Positions 39,911 through 53,321 are shown, numbered from the stretch's first letter. The stretch is 64,000 bases of DNA from Eledone cirrhosa (GCA_964016885.1 OZ024742.1:335730001-335794000), one strand, 5' to 3'. Notes: generated by a model from the sequence alone, not told the origin. Numbers and translations: made by a program.

Positions 39911-41420
39911 TGTCAGATCACCAGTTGGTGCTACTGGTAACATGTATCCCACTACAACCTCTCTCATGGTGGTGTCGTTGGCGACTAAACTGGCAACCCC
40001 ACCAAGGTTTCTTGGTGAGGAGGGTGACTTTGGACATCCTACAGGACTAAAAACAAAACCTGTCAAAGGCCAAAGGAGCTCTTAAGAGTCAATGGCCATC
40101 CAAAATCACCGGGAGAGATGACCCCTTAGCTTTTGTCAAGGAAAAATTCTAGGAGAAGGAAAACTCTGATATAACACCTGCAACCCTGATGTATGTATGT
40201 ATGCCCATGTGTATGTATGTATGCATGCATGTTTGTATGTATGTATGTATGTATGTATGTATGTATGTATGTATGTATGTATGTATGCATGCATGTTTGT
40301 ATGTATGTATGTATGCATGTATGTATGTATGTATGTTTGTATGTATGTATGTTTGTATGTATTCCGGGAGAGATGACCCCTTAGCCTTTGTCAAGGCAGA
40401 ATTCTAGGAGAAGGAAAACTCTGATATAACACCTGCAACTCTGATGGTATCCAATGATGTTGACTTGTTCTTCTTTTTGGTAAATATCATCTTGGTTAAG
40501 AGAGTGGGACTGGCTTTGTGCAGTGCCTTTGCTCACTATAAAAGCTTCACGGCACAGGCATTGCTTTATATCTGGAGATCTCTCTACACTTGTCGTCACA
40601 TGGTAACATGGGCCCAGCACTATGTGTCAATAATTGTCACAAGTGTAGTGTTTGTCCCAGAGTTTTCAAGTCGCTGGCTGGACTAAAACGTCACGCTCGT
40701 TCAGCGTATCGGTAGGGGTTCTCCTACATGGAAATAAAGTAGTGGCCGTACTCGAAAACGAGTTGGCAGCCACCATGTATGCATGTATGTATGTATGTAT
40801 GTATGTATGTATGTATGTATGTATGTATGTATGTATGTATGTATGTATGCATGCATGTTTGTATGTATGTATGTATGTATGTATGTATGTATGTATGTAT
40901 GTTTGTATGTATGTATGTTTGTATGTATTCCGGGAGAGATGACCCCTTAGCCTTTGTCAAGGCAGAATTCTAGGAGAAGGAAAACTCTGATATAACACCT
41001 GAAACTCTGATGGTATCCAATGATGTTGACTTGTTCTTCTTTTTGGTAAATATCATCTTGGTTAAGAGAGTGGGACTGGCTTTGTGCAGTGCCTTTGCTC
41101 ACTATAAAAGCTTCACAGCACAGGCATTGCTTTATATCTGGAGATCTCTCTGCACTTGTCGTAACATGGTACCATGGGCCCAGCACTATGTGTCAATAAT
41201 TGTCACAAGTGTAGTGTTTGTACCAGAGTTTTCAAGTCGGTGGCTGGACTAAAAAGTCACACTCGTTGAGCGCAATGGTAGGGCTTCTCCTACATGGATA
41301 TAAAGTAGTGGCCGTACTCGAAAACGAGTTGGCAGCCACCATGTATGTATGTATGTATGTATGTATGTATGTATGTATGTATGTATGTATGTATGTATGT
41401 ATGTATGTATGTATGTATGT
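39911..41420 (+). mobile_element. Head-to-tail array of non-autonomous RTE-type element Z (5' piece 39911-40188; units 40363-40775 and 40929-41341) separated by (TATG)n
   Basis: Two ~566-bp-period direct repeats. RTE 5'-UTR-like CTAGGAGAAGGAAAACTCTGA, and a 3' end resembling that of the RTE at 39855-39892. Confidence 0.85.
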
Positions 41421-41679
41421 AGGAATGAATGTATCTAGGCATGTATGTATGAATGTATGTATGTATATATGTATGTATAAAGGGCGGAAGAACTCATAAG
41501 TGTCAACGGCCATCCAAAAATGTGTAAATATGTATATGCATGTTTGCATGTGTATGTATGTATATATATTATGTATATATGTATATACATGAATGCATGT
41601 GTATGTGTATGCGCGGAGACATAGTAATATTCGGGCTGTATACCCGATCGCGCGGTTAAACAACTGGGAGTGAAGGACA

Positions 41680-41970
41680 TCTAGCCTTTGTCAGGGCATT
41701 CTTCTAGGAGAAGGCAACTCAGGAAACTGGGATAACTCAGACATAAAACCTGCGGCTCAGTAGTTACCGATGATGTTGATCTTTTCTTCTTTTCGGGTTA
41801 TAGCTACTGTTGCTCAGAGAGTGGGATTGGCTCAATGCACAGTCTTTCCTCACTTTAAAAAATATCTTCACGCACAGGCATTGCACGATAGCATTAACTG
41901 ATAATTATTAATAATGTTATATCGTGCAATGGCCATACTCGATAACGAGGGAGCAGCCATCATGTATGTA
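41680..41970 (+). mobile_element. Related subfamily of element Z
   Basis: CTAGGAGAAGGCAACTC..GAGAGTGGGATTGGC..GGCCATACTCGATAACGAGGGAGCAGCCATCATGTATG. Confidence 0.75.
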
Positions 41971-42761
41971 TGAAAAAAAAAAACGTCAATAAAAAATATA
42001 TACGCTAATAAAAAAGTATAAGAACAATTAAATAAAACATAACAAGGAATAAAATAAGAAAACGAAAGAAAGTTGGCAGTCATTTTCTGAATTACTCCGA
42101 GATGCCATCAATAAGAAAATATCAACAATCACACCAATAACAACAACATCCATCTTCTGTCTCTTCCTCGTCCACAAACATACATACACAAATACATACC
42201 ACACACCACACACAAACACACACATACACCAACAGCAACTTGAACCCCCCCCCCACCCCCAAGAAAAACCTAACAACCACACGAATACAAGAACAACAGT
42301 AGGTAGCTCGAAATCAAAAGTACAAAACCAACAACAATAGCACCAAAACAACAAAACGAAAACAAGAACAATATGAAGACAACAGCATGAACACCACAAC
42401 CACCAACAAGAACAACAAAAGGAACAAAATAACAGTTATACAACAACCAGTATCGGTTTAACCCTTTAGCATTTACATTACTCTATATATACTATTGCAT
42501 TTTCGCGGTAAAAGCTTTACCTCACATAATTAACGGACATAATATCGAATCTACAAGATTTTGATGTCATTTATTTTGAGAACAATACTTTAACATCAGA
42601 ATGAGAGGCCAGTTACGACTGGTTTGTACAGAAAGAAGTGAGAGAATTCTGGCCGAATACGTCCGGTTTAAATGCTAAGTGGGGATTGTTGACTGGTTTG
42701 TAGGCAGGGGACCTACATCAATTAAAGTTCCTCAAATTAATTTTTTTAACTACCATAAATA

Positions 42762-43163
42762 AATGTTTCTACTTTTGGCACAAGGCCAGCAATTACCCAG
42801 TGCATTACTGGTACTTTATTTTATCGACCACGTAAGGATGAAAGGCAATGTTAACCTCGGCGGGATTTGAACTCAGAATGGCAAGGGCCGTAACTCTATA
42901 CGTCAAAGCATGGCGTCCGACCCTCTACCGCCCTATCATAAATAATGGTTTCTGATTTAGGCACAAGGCCAACAATTTTGGGGAAGAAGAAAAGTCGATT
43001 AAATCGACTCCAGTGCGTTACTGGTACTTTATTTTATCGACCCCGTAAGAACGAAAGGCAAAGCTAACCTTCGCGAGATTTGAACTCTGAATGCAAAGGG
43101 CCGTAACTCTATGCTGCATAGCATGTTATCCAATGTTCTACCGATACTGCCAAACCACTGCCC
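42762..43163 (-). mobile_element. Two tandem SINE family A copies (42762-42932 and 42945-43163)
   Basis: Boxes, core and tail as in the other copies. Confidence 0.92.
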
Positions 43164-43273
43164 TACTACCATATATAATGAGTAAAGGTTCTGATGAAAT
43201 TTCCGGCCTAACCAGCACCAGACAACGTCAACAAAACAACAGCAACATTGTCGTGACCGTCAACAGCAGCAAC

Positions 43274-43367
<94 letters not shown>

Positions 43368-43863
43368 CACGCATGATGTTAAACTAGCCTGCTTTTAAAT
43401 TCCCTTTTTGGCATATTAATCAGTAAGAATCTGGCTATCGTGTTGAGCTCTGTTGAGGATCGTATTCCAACTGTGACCATCTCCACTGAAAGTTTACGTG
43501 AAATAGTCTTTTTCAAGACTATACAGAGCATTTGTAGTTTTCCCAAATTGAAGGATGAGTATTTTAAACTTTGTTTTATCATGAGTTAAGGCTCTATTGA
43601 TTTTTCCCTGGATTTCACTAAATTCTGTTGGATAAATCTATATCCTAATTCTTTTTGAATTGAGTTTGAATTATTTTCCCCACATCTTACGTTAACTATT
43701 TTCCCATTTTGACGTTATAGTCACTTATATATTATGGAATATATATATATCAGGATTTCTGAGATTGTACATTATTTTATCCTGTGGTTCCGGGATAAAC
43801 TTGGTTTTCTACTCGGGATCCTGGAATGTTCCTGGATATAATATATTATGTTATTATATCAAT

Positions 43864-44045
43864 GAATTGGCAGTATCGGTAGAGGGTCGGACGCCATGCT
43901 TTGACGCATAGAGTTACGTCCCTTGCCATTCTGAGTTCAAATCCCGCCGAGGTTAACTTTGCCTTTCATCCTTACGGGGTCGATAAAATAAAGTACCAGT
44001 AATACATTGGGTAATTGCTGGCTTTATGCCAAAAGTAGAAACAAT
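43864..44045 (+). mobile_element. SINE family A with an ~18-bp TSD
   Basis: TTATGTTATTATATCAAT on both flanks. Confidence 0.93.
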
Positions 44046-44224
44046 TATGTTATTATATCAATATTTCGTTTTTATAATTTCCGGTCGCCTGAAAGTCCGT
44101 ACGTTCCTGTAGAGTAACATGTTTCGGTACAACAAACCTCAAACAACTTTCAGGTTTATCATAAGATATGAATATATGTATGTATGTTCTGTTGGATTTA
44201 TAATTTCACAAATTTTCGCAAATA

Positions 44225-47200
44225 GAGAGAGAGTCGGTTTCTAACATAGACACAAGACTCTCTCATTGGAATTTACACAACATCAACTAGGTAGATATGT
44301 ATGTATGTCTGCATGTGTAGATATGGATGTTATTGTATATGTGGATGTATATGTTTTGAGTTGTATGTGTGCATGTGTATATGATTAGTATCTGTACATG
44401 TGTATATGCAGTTATTAGATGCAACATTTTTGGAATGTTTTACATATTTTTACTGTTCCATTAATGGATTGTACTTGTAATTTCCTAACTAGTTGTGTTC
44501 TTTCTGTTCCTGTGAATCCCAGCTTCTCAAGATTTGTATTGAGGCAGTTACTAACATATCCCAGTGCCCCAATAATCACAGGCATAAATCTGAAGGTATA
44601 ATCAGGGTGGAATATCTGCAGATTTCTCATCAGTTCTGCATAAATATTCTCCTTTTAGCTAATCTTTGATATTATATTGGCATCTGCTGGGCAGCTAACT
44701 TCCACTACTGTGCATGCCTTCTTTTCCCTGTCCCATCTCATTATATCTGGTCTGTTATGCCTGTATTTTATTGGGATTTTTACTGGAACATTCCACCAGT
44801 ACTCTTTCATATTATGTATCTGGATGTCTTCCACATTGCTGTAGCTTTTAATGTGTTTATTATCGGGGCTATCTTTTCTACGGATTGCATCGGACAGTGT
44901 TTTGGCCACTATATCATGCCTCATAGGTAGATAATACCGCGATGACATCTCTGGACAGCTGCTGATGACATGGGTGACATCTTCAATGTTAATTCTGCAG
45001 AGTCTGCACTTGTTATCACATCTAGGTGTTTTGCTTGCATCCCTATCTCTTTTGTGAATCAGGTATTTCGTGTTGATTTCCTTTTCTTGGATTGCAAAAG
45101 CGTATCCTTCAAAGTGGGAGCCAAGATAGCGGTTGTTGGTCAAAGTTAGATTACTTTCTTTATCTATATTACTCTCACTCTGGAGCTTCCTGGCAACATA
45201 TCCATGCATGATTTTTTGCTGATAAGCATGCAGTTTTTCATCCATGGATTCACTGCGATACTGCTGAGCGATCTCCCTGGGTGTGAGTTTTTGATTATCA
45301 CACAGGGAATATCTCTCGAAGAGATCCTTCCCAACTCTCATGATCTTATATGTTTCATGCAGATAGACTTGCTCGAGAGACGGGATCCTACGCTTTGAGG
45401 TTCGTAGATGTTGTCGGAGGGTTATGATTCGACATTCAAATGCTGTCTGGACTGATGTTAGGCCTCTGCTTCCCTGCTTACGTTTATGTCACTGTTGATA
45501 TGGAAATTTCCGGTGTTGTTTAGTATTTTTCGCGTTCTAACATCAATTACTCGGATTTCGTCTATCGTCCAATTGAGTATTCCAAACGTTGGTGTTAGGA
45601 CAGTTACAACAAACACATTGTGAGCCACTGTTTTGTTTTGCGCAGAGAGTTCCGATGACCAGATCTTTCTTGATCGGGTGTAGTATTCCCTGGTTACGCG
45701 TTCTTTATTACAGATACCATTATAGGATATGTTCTCATCTATCCCCAGGTATCTGTAGCAGTCCTCATCAGATATCGGTGAAACAGTTAGGCCATTGATA
45801 ACAATGTTGCTAGATTGGGTTGTTGTTTTTCCCCGCTTTACAGTCATATATGAGCATTTATCTTGGCCAAACTCCATTCCTATATCCTTTGAGAACGTTG
45901 TAACCAGGTCAAGATTTTTCTTCATCCCATTCATGTTCTTGGAATAGAGTTTCAGGTCATCCACAAAGAAATTATGGGATAGGTTCGTATTTCTGTCCTC
46001 CTGTGAGCCAATGATGTATCCCTCACATTTCTTGAGGAAAAAGGACAAGGGGTTTAATGATAAGATGAATAATATCACAGAGAGACTGTCCCCTTGGAAT
46101 ATACCTCTGCAATATTTTATTTTATCAGTGAAAATAGAGTCCTCCCTATTTGTCTTTAACCTTAGGATAGTAGCCCAAAAAGAAGACAGCCTCTCTATGG
46201 CTCTGATAATAATGTCTTGTACTTTAGCAAGTCGGAGGGCCTCTATCATCCAAGAGTGGGGAACAGAATCGAAAGCTTTCCTGTAGTCCAACCAGACTGT
46301 AGCTATATTCCTCCTAAGTTGTCGCACCTCCGCCATCGCAGTTTTGTTGATTAGGAGTTGTTCAGCACATCTCCAAACCCCTTTCTTTCCATCTGCTTGT
46401 TCATCTGTGATGATGTAATTATTTTCACAGTGATCTTGGAGAGATAGGTTCAGGCAGGCTGTATACATCTTATACATCAGGTTCCGGCATGCAATAGGTC
46501 GGTAGTTTTTTGCCAAGTGGGTGTCTTTGTTCTTGGGGACCAGTAATGTTTGTGCTAATGTTAACCATTCTGGTATAAGTGTATCTCCCTTAAGAACTTG
46601 TTGGTAGAGGTCAGTAAGATACCTCCGATAGAATATCAGTTTTTTGTACCAGTAGCCGACAATCTTGTCTCTTCCTGGTGTTTTCTTATCTTGGAATTTT
46701 CCTATCACAGTCTCAAGGGTACCCTCACTTATTTCGTATGTTTTTGTTGTGGTGTAGGAGCAATAGTTCTTTTGGATTTCTTTTAGCCACACTGCATCTT
46801 GGTTGAAATTCTTCTTTTCACCCCATATTTTTCTCCAAAAGGAATCTATGTGTTTCTGGGATGGGGCCTCAGTGACACTTATTATTTTGCCCTTCATATC
46901 TCTATAGACTGATGTTTGGTTTCGTATGAATCTTTTATTAAGCATTTTTCTTTCATCTACCTTCTTCAGGTATCGGCGTTTTTCGCTAACAGCTCTCAAT
47001 TCTTTTTTTAGGGTGATCAGCTTATATTGGAGAGTTCTGGTTCTACTGTTACCAAACATCGTCTCTATATTATTTTCCACTTTTTGTTGGTGAGGAGTGA
47101 GGTTTTTTTGTGTTTGTTTGCATGTAAGGAGCATTGTCACATATCCTATGTTTTTTCGTAGGGCAGTAATCTTTTTTCTACTTTAGTTATATATGATGGT

Positions 47201-48222
47201 ATTTTTGGTGGTGTTTTGTTCTTGTTAATATCTCTGCTATCACCAAGATAATGCATCACTGTCGTTGCTAAGGCATATAAACAGGCGTTGATTTGCCAAA
47301 ATGTTGGGGTTTTTATCCGTCGTAAATATTCATCCCCTATTTCGTCAATAACACGTAATATTTCATTATTTCGTTTTTTTATTAAATATTATTGTTTTAA
47401 TACGTTAAGCAAGAGAAATGTTTATACATGAGTTAATTCTTCTCTGGAAGATTTCGTTGAGGGAAATTTTCAATTGTTTATACTTTTGATTATTATCATT
47501 ATCGATAGTATTTTCCAGAATAGTCGAGGTAGACTCGGATAGTACACGTGGTGTCAAATTTCTTCGATTATTATTATTATCGATAGTGTTTTCCCCAGCA
47601 TTCGAGGTAGACTTAGATGGTACACGTGGTGTCAAATTTCTTACAGGCATAGTTGTTTCAAGGCACTGTTCGACCCGGCTGCTAGGAAGTCTAGTAGCAT
47701 GGCGATCTGTAGCACGTGTTGTTGATTCCATGTTTGTTGTGGGGGACTTACAATTAATAATATTTATCTTATTTTTACGTTCAACAAACGTCGCTTGTTG
47801 GCGTAATTGTTTCGCTGTGAAATAATTTAGCTCTGGGTGCATTTCGTCCCAGTGTAGCTTCATTCTATTCGCAACTCCAAGAGAAATGCGATTTATAATT
47901 TCGATTTCTTCTGCAGCTACAACTGAATAAATTTTGTTTACCCTTCTCATTTTTCTTCGGTATTCCACTGATGTTGTTGTTGATGTTGTCTTCAGCCATG
48001 CTGTTTGTAGCAAATCCTTGTAAAATGGATTATGTATTTAGTCGGATATCTCTACGAATTCGAATAAAATGTGTCTTTAGTGGATATAGTTAGAAGAATA
48101 CCCAGTTATTCAAGATGACTGGTAGTTGTGGCATTACTGTCGGAGATAGTATTCATCTTAAATTTAATGAATAGTCTCCCACACCAAAATATGCGACTGA
48201 TCGCTATGACTGACTAACTGAC
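44225..48222 (-). mobile_element. Near-full-length R4/Dong-clade non-LTR retrotransposon (RT, CCHC, REL), disrupted
   Basis: KTPGRDKI.GYWYKKL, NYRPIAC, WLDYRKAFDSVPHSW, GIFQGDSLS, FVDDLKLY, GMEFG.DKC, CRLC..EDVTHVISSC..RHD and RPDI. The 5' end abuts (CATA)n and there is a 3' hairpin at 44227-44264. Confidence 0.92.
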
Positions 48223-48270
48223 TATGTATGTATGTATGTATGTATGTATGTATGTATGTATGTATGTATG

Positions 48271-48460
48271 TGACTTGGTTTGCACCCAATGATGTAGACT
48301 AGTTCTTCCTTTTGGGCAAATGCATTTGATGTTCAGAGAGTGGGATTGGCCCCGTGCAAAGCCTTTCCTCACTTAAAAAAGCTTCAAGCACAGGCATCGA
48401 TTGGTATGTGACATTTTTTGCGATCCATGGTAGTGTTGGTCCCTAGCATTACTCATTATG
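48271..48460 (+). mobile_element. Old fragment related to element Z
   Basis: CCAATGATGTAGAC..TTCTTC..GAGAGTGGGATTGGC..AAAGCTTCAAGCACAGGCAT, following (TATG)n. Confidence 0.65.
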
Positions 48461-48499
48461 CACTAGACTACTAAACTAATACATTTTATATTTATGTTC

Positions 48500-49190
48500 G
48501 TTCTGGAATCTTCTACCAGCATTTGGTTGAATTAACTAAAGCTTTAATAAATCTCTCTATCGTTACTGCAACGGCACTCTTTGCTTCTCTTTTTTTTCTC
48601 GGGTACTGTGCAGATTTGTTCTTTTTGTTTTGGGTTTCAAAGAGATTAAACCCTCCATTACTAGCTTGGAAGTTTTCTATATATTCCTCTTTGATTCGTT
48701 CCTTCAAATTTCGTACATAATTCAAGCCTTAGCTTGAATTGTCTTCCATCCAAATCCTCAAAGATTTCTCCATCTCATACATAGGTTTTTGTCGCATATA
48801 TTTCTGCACTCGCTCACGTATTTTCTCCTGTCATCCTTTATGCTTCAGCAGTTAAATTCGAACATCCCTACGTTTGCGCTCATACATATCTCCAAATAAC
48901 TTGGTTATGTGTTTTCCGGATACTATTCATACTTCAGCAAACACATCACAACTACTCTGTTTATCTTTTAAGGATTTACTGCTATCAAAAAAATGTCATT
49001 GAAAAACATGTTCCCAACCACTCAATAATTAGATGAAGTCACTTAGCTTTGAAGTTAAAATATATATAATTTACCTACGTGAAACTGGGGGGAAAAGTAA
49101 ATGCCATTACACATGATTTACAGTTGAATCGTTCAACGATATCCACTATTATTAAGGAAAAGGAAATAGTTTTGGACGCAGTGAAATATA
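48500..49190. mobile_element. Tigger/pogo transposase remnants
   Basis: Minus strand EMEKSLRIWMED..IQAKA..FQASNG.F (CENP-B-type HTH). Plus strand at 49125-49187 LNRSTISTIIKEKE. Confidence 0.65.
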
Positions 49191-49309
49191 AGTTTATATC
49201 GATATATCTGTATAAATAGAGAGTGTATAACCGAAACTGCACCAACGTGTATAACTATATACGCGTATCTAATACGCGTATCTACTGTGATGCATATAGT
49301 TACCGTTCT

Positions 49310-49435
49310 TCCCGATTTGAGTTAAAATCCCGCCGAGGTTAGCTTTGCCTTTCATCCTTATGTGGTCGATAAAATATAGTACCAGTAATGCACTGGTCGA
49401 TTTAATCGACTTTTCCCCACCCCAAATTATTGGTG
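49310..49435 (+). mobile_element. SINE family A fragment
   Basis: B box and core. Confidence 0.85.
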
Positions 49436-49974
49436 TTCGTTAGTTGCCCTAATATAGACAGGCCAGAAGCACACAGTTAAGCACAGGTAATACCACGAAA
49501 GGTCACAAAACTATCATACATCAGCTGAAGCCTTCATAGACAGGTCAGGTCATTATTCAGCGTAGATTTCGAGTAAAACAACAGACCGCATACTAAAGTA
49601 ATGAAATATTATTTTAGTTCTATAAAGTTCAATTTTCCGTAAAAAGCATTAAGTCCTACCCCACCATACATCGTATACTTATATCACAGATCTGGAAGTA
49701 TCCATGAAAAACATTTAAAAAGTTACAAGGAAATATTTCGAAAAATATTCTGACTAATTTCGAACCCGGTATCTTATGATATTCGTTAGAAAATATATAA
49801 TTAAACATTTCGACTGTAAATATTAATTCTGAAAAGTTATACACAAAATAAAAAGAGGTTGATTGCTGTTTCACCCCCGGCTTCTTCGACCATGAAGTTA
49901 CGCCACAGTTTCTGACATGATAAAGAATCTTAGTTTGGTTCATTGATGAAAGTCTTTCAAGACTGTAATGTTGT

Positions 49975-50480
49975 CGTCGACTTTTTCTTTGAGTTCTTTA
50001 ACTGCTCTTGTGACCTCAACTTCTGAGAGATTAGTCATCGCTCCTAGGTGCACCTCGTGAACACCAGATCGGGTTTAGGAGATCAGCCAAGTATTTTCTC
50101 CACCTCACGAGCATGTACCTCTCTGATGAGAGCAGAACCCAGACGTGCTCTTCATAGCAGGTGTGGAGGAGAGTTTCTTATTACAAAGTCGGCGGATGGT
50201 CTGCCGGAACACTTTGTTTGACCTCTTGATTGAACCAAGGGGTGCTCCTGCCACCTGGCGCCACACCTAGCCTCTTTCGTTCGCAGCATTTAACAGTTGA
50301 AACAGAAAATGCTGAGCTGAACACTCTCTCTCAACGTCCTCAATTTTATCAGGAAGAAAGTTGCAGATAACTAGATGGTGATCAGTTGACAGCTCATCCC
50401 CTCTCTTAACACGAACATCCAGCACATAATCGAAGAGATCAGAGGCAATAACAAAATCAAATATTGATCTCTGTGTCTGA
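49975..50480 (-). mobile_element. Expander/Rex3-like RTE fragment, degraded
   Basis: Minus strand IDFVI..VLDVRVKRGDELSTDHHLV..EVTRAVKEL. Confidence 0.65.
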
Positions 50481-50842
50481 TTCCCCTTATACCATAGTCA
50501 TTTTAAATTTATTATCAGTACAATTACCTCGTAAGTTAATTAATTGACCAAATTAATTTTGATATTTCAACTTTAAAGTTATCGCAGATAGATATTCGAT
50601 CCCACTGGCTGAGTGGTTAGAGTGTTTGATAATACAGTAACATGTGTTTGGGTCCGGTTCCGTACCAGTTCTCTCCAAGAAGATAAAAATGAATGATTTT
50701 GTTTTTTAATACTTTAACAAAATTGAAGATGTATTATATTTTGCACTGCCACCAATCATTCCCTATTGGATATCTGTAACTTTCATTCCCTTCTGTACAC
50801 GGTGCCCGAGAACTTGGCCACCTATAATTTCCTATTGGAGGT

Positions 50843-51328
50843 CTGTAGTTCCCAACCCGTGCCTATTATCTGAAAACTTTTGAACGACTTATAAAAGCAA
50901 TTATGGGGAGGATACATACAACTACAGTTAGAGACATTACGGATGCTGCTGATAATATAGCTGAGTCATGGTATAAAGTGAAATTGTGTTTGTAAATACA
51001 TGGTCAAACTACTGCATCCCTGTCTTGGCAAGGTTTCCAGAAGCAGAAAGTCTTCAAATTCGAAAAAATATTGGGATACTGGCAAATTATATACGGCTCC
51101 AATCTTTTTTATATCACGGACAATCTTTCATGTTGGAAATCTTTCCGCGAACCGGTAGTTGCGCATATGTGTTATTTAAGTGCATTTCGATAAAGAGAGC
51201 AATAATAAAAAAAAATATTCAATTCATCTATTATATAATTTTAAACAAGTTAATTCTTTCTTTGCGGCCCGGTAGCAAATGATCCACGGACCGGTACCGG
51301 TGCGCCGCACGCTGGTTGGGGACCCCTG
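50843..51328. mobile_element. hAT (Charlie/MER1-like) non-autonomous element
   Basis: Right end CCACGGACCGGTACCGGT..GGTTGGGGACCCCTG. Candidate left end CTGTAGTTCCCAACC. No clear TSD. Confidence 0.55.
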
Positions 51329-51655
51329 ATGTAAGGTTTGAAGAAGTCATAGAGTTGCTACTGTCCAATAGAAAGTGTTTATCTAAAGAGGAGCTGTCGT
51401 TGGTAGAACAAGAGTAAACTGTATGGCAAGAAAAGAACACAGAAATTCCACCACCTTCACTTAACCTGAATGCAAAGAATATTGGTAAAACGTTGCAGGG
51501 ACTATAACGCCCGTAGTCACCTCGGCTCTGCGGTCCTTGAACACACACACACAAATACAAACGCTGAAACATACCCCACACATGCATACCGCACACAATA
51601 TGTACGTATGTATGTATGCATGCATATATGTATGTATGTGTATGCATGTACATAC

Positions 51656-51796
<141 letters not shown>

Positions 51797-51970
51797 TTGG
51801 CTTCAATTTGCATAGCTGTCTAAACGTAATGTTATAACTCTAAGGTAAAATTACTTATTAAGTGCTTTTGGCTGCACTTCCCGACAGCATTCGTTAGCTT
51901 GCCCGCAACCAGAGCTTCGATTATGCTGTACTACCTACCTTCTTGTATGTATGTATGTATATATATATAT

Positions 51971-53108
51971 ATGGTGGCTGCCAACTCGTTTTCGAGTACG
52001 GCCACTACTTTATATCCATGTAGGAGAACTCCTACCAATGCGCTGAACAAGTGTGACTTTTTAGTCCAACCAGCGACTTGAAAACTCTGGTACAAACACT
52101 ACAATTGTGACAATTATTGACACATAGTGCTGGGCCCATGGTACCATGTGACGACAAGTGAAGAGAGATCTCCAGATATAAAACAATGCCTGTGCCGTGA
52201 AGCTTTTATAGTGAGTAAAGGCACTGCACAAAGCCAGTCCCACTCTCTTAACCATGATGATATTTACCAAAAAGATATATATATATATATATACATATAC
52301 ATACATATATACACACATATATATACACACATATATACACACACACATATACATACATACATACACATACATATATACACACAAACATATATATATACAT
52401 ATACATACGCATATACATATATATACGTACATACATATATATATATACATACATACATACATATACATACACATACATATATATATATACATACATATAT
52501 GGTGGCTGCCACCTCGTTTTCGAGTACGGCCACTACTTTATATCCATGTAGAAGAACCCCTACCAATGCGCTGAACGAGTGTGACTTTTTAGTCCAGCCA
52601 GCGACTTGAAAACTCTGGTACAAACACTACACCTGTGACAATTACTGACACATAGTGCTGGGCTCATGGTACCATGTGACGACAAGTGTAGAGAGATTTC
52701 CAGATATAAAGCAATGCCTGTGCCGTGAAGCTTTTATAGTGAGCAAAGGCACTGCACAAAGCCAGTCTCACTCTCTTAACCAAGATGATATTTACCAAAA
52801 AGAAGAACAAGTCAACATCATTGGATACCATCAGGGTTGCAGGTGTTATATCAGAGTTTTCCTTCTCCTAGAATTCTGCCTTGACAAAGACTAAGGGGTC
52901 ATGTCTCCCGGTGATTTTGGATGGCCATTGACTCTTAAGAGCTCCTTTGCCCTTTGACAGGTTTTGTTTTTAGTCCTGCAGGATGTCCAACTTCACCCTC
53001 CTCACCAAGAAACCTCGGTGGGGTTGCCAGTTTAGTCGCCAACGACCCGACCATGAGTCAGGTTGTACTGGGATACATGTTACCAGTAGCACCAACTGGT
53101 GACCTGAC
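51971..53108 (-). mobile_element. Element Z: full-length ~610-bp copy (52499-53108) plus a 3' partial copy (51971-52275)
   Basis: Reverse complement of the 39911-40188 and 40363-40775 sequences, flanked by CATA/TA microsatellites. Confidence 0.88.
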
Positions 53109-53321
53109 ATACATATATACATATATATATACATACATATACATACATACATACATACATACATACATACATACATACATCATACATACATACATACATA
53201 CACATATACATACATATACATATATATATACATACATATACATATATATATACACATACACATACATATATATATATATACATACATATATATATACATA
53301 TAGTAACAATAATAAATTTGA

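Noticed and set aside
40363-41420. Repeat-spacer periodicity suggestive of CRISPR or satellite DNA
   Set aside because: The units are ~410-bp retroelement pieces separated by TATG microsatellite in a eukaryotic context.
43189-43210. CTGATGA core-like heptamer (also at ~50123)
   Set aside because: No downstream stem II, GAAA or stem III arrangement.
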